DNA from: Thermoplasmatota archaeon | Lineage (GTDB): Archaea; Thermoplasmatota; Penumbrarchaeia; Penumbrarchaeales; Penumbrarchaeaceae | Direction of reading: 5' to 3' | NCBI GenBank assembly: GCA_049472215.1 | Contig: JBLIRH010000007.1 | Location: forward strand, 1-62,965 | DNA length: 62,965 nt | Part shown: positions 62,727 through 62,965 of the stretch, one piece after another | Layout: each line of letters begins with the position of its first letter | Position numbering within the stretch: the stretch's first letter is position 1 | Made by a program: the position numbers and the translations under genes | The notes under the pieces: model-generated | Databases searched by the model: none | The model's input: only the letters and a program-made list of their open reading frames with translations | What the model was told of the DNA's origin: nothing

Positions 62727-62831
62727 GGGGGGCTTCTTTCCGAGTTTTTACAATTTCTTTTCCACTATGCCAGGGGTAAATTCACGTTACTTTTCTTTCC
62801 GACTTTGTGCGCAAGTCGGAAAGGCCCCCCC
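62727..62831. other. structured A+T-rich non-coding element with mutually exclusive pairings and G/C strings
   Basis: Hairpin: CTTTCCGACTT (62795..62805) pairs with AAGTCGGAAAG (62813..62823), 11 bp. Alternative: GGGGGGC-TTC-TTTCCGA (62727..62743) pairs with TCGGAAA-G-GCCCCCC (62816..62830). Confidence 0.35.
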
Positions 62832-62965
62832 TGTTTCGCGAAAAAACCCTTGAGCATTTTAAAAACATATCGAAAAATCATACCTCTTCCGGGGGGGAGT
62901 TGGCATCCCTCTATTGTTTGTTCTTCGTTTGACCGAATTCTTTGTTCCATGCTTTGATTATAAAA

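Noticed and set aside
62625-62957. A 110-aa plus-strand ORF and a 61-aa minus-strand ORF (62765..62950) in the terminal A+T-rich region.
   Set aside because: The plus ORF begins inside the thioesterase gene on the wrong strand and is Ser/Phe/Leu/Gly-rich. The minus ORF lacks an SD and spans the hairpin and G/C-string elements. Non-coding is more likely, though a small protein cannot be fully excluded.

Overview
Archaeal chromosomal segment: GC-rich, densely coding, about 60 CDS plus one tRNA-His. Archaeal hallmarks are Orc1/Cdc6, the 20S proteasome alpha subunit, archaeal-type riboflavin synthase plus RibL, a DUF106/YidC-like insertase and a PGF-CTERM sorting signal. The lineage cannot be fixed by eye; it looks euryarchaeal/Thermoplasmatota-like, at low confidence. 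Housekeeping blocks are carA-carB, hypB-F-C-A-D, a riboflavin/FAD operon, purC, dinB, and a redox/stress cluster (hemerythrin-DUF438-PAS, PNPOx-like, cupin, FNR-ferredoxin fusion). Interleaved with these is a large envelope gene set: five very large TM-anchored surface proteins (PKD, cadherin-like, right-handed beta-helix and carboxypeptidase-regulatory/Ig modules), a PGF-CTERM protein, an anchored C45 peptidase and an FKBP lipoprotein. I found no rRNA, CRISPR array, transposase/integrase, or recognisable defence or toxin-antitoxin module. The most notable observations are: (1) two paralogous armadillo-repeat proteins encoded next to single-pass adhesins whose cytoplasmic tails carry zinc ribbons, proline-rich tracts and acidic tails, which suggests a cadherin/catenin-like adhesin-adaptor arrangement (speculative); (2) a proteasome alpha subunit with a C-terminal (HhH)2 extension; (3) a RibB-RibL fusion, followed by a ribC whose conserved N-terminus lies upstream of any canonical start codon; (4) tandem polytopic membrane proteins with C-terminal J domains and long identical nucleotide tracts; (5) an A+T-rich structured non-coding region at the right end. 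All family assignments come from motif recognition by eye and need HMM or structure searches.
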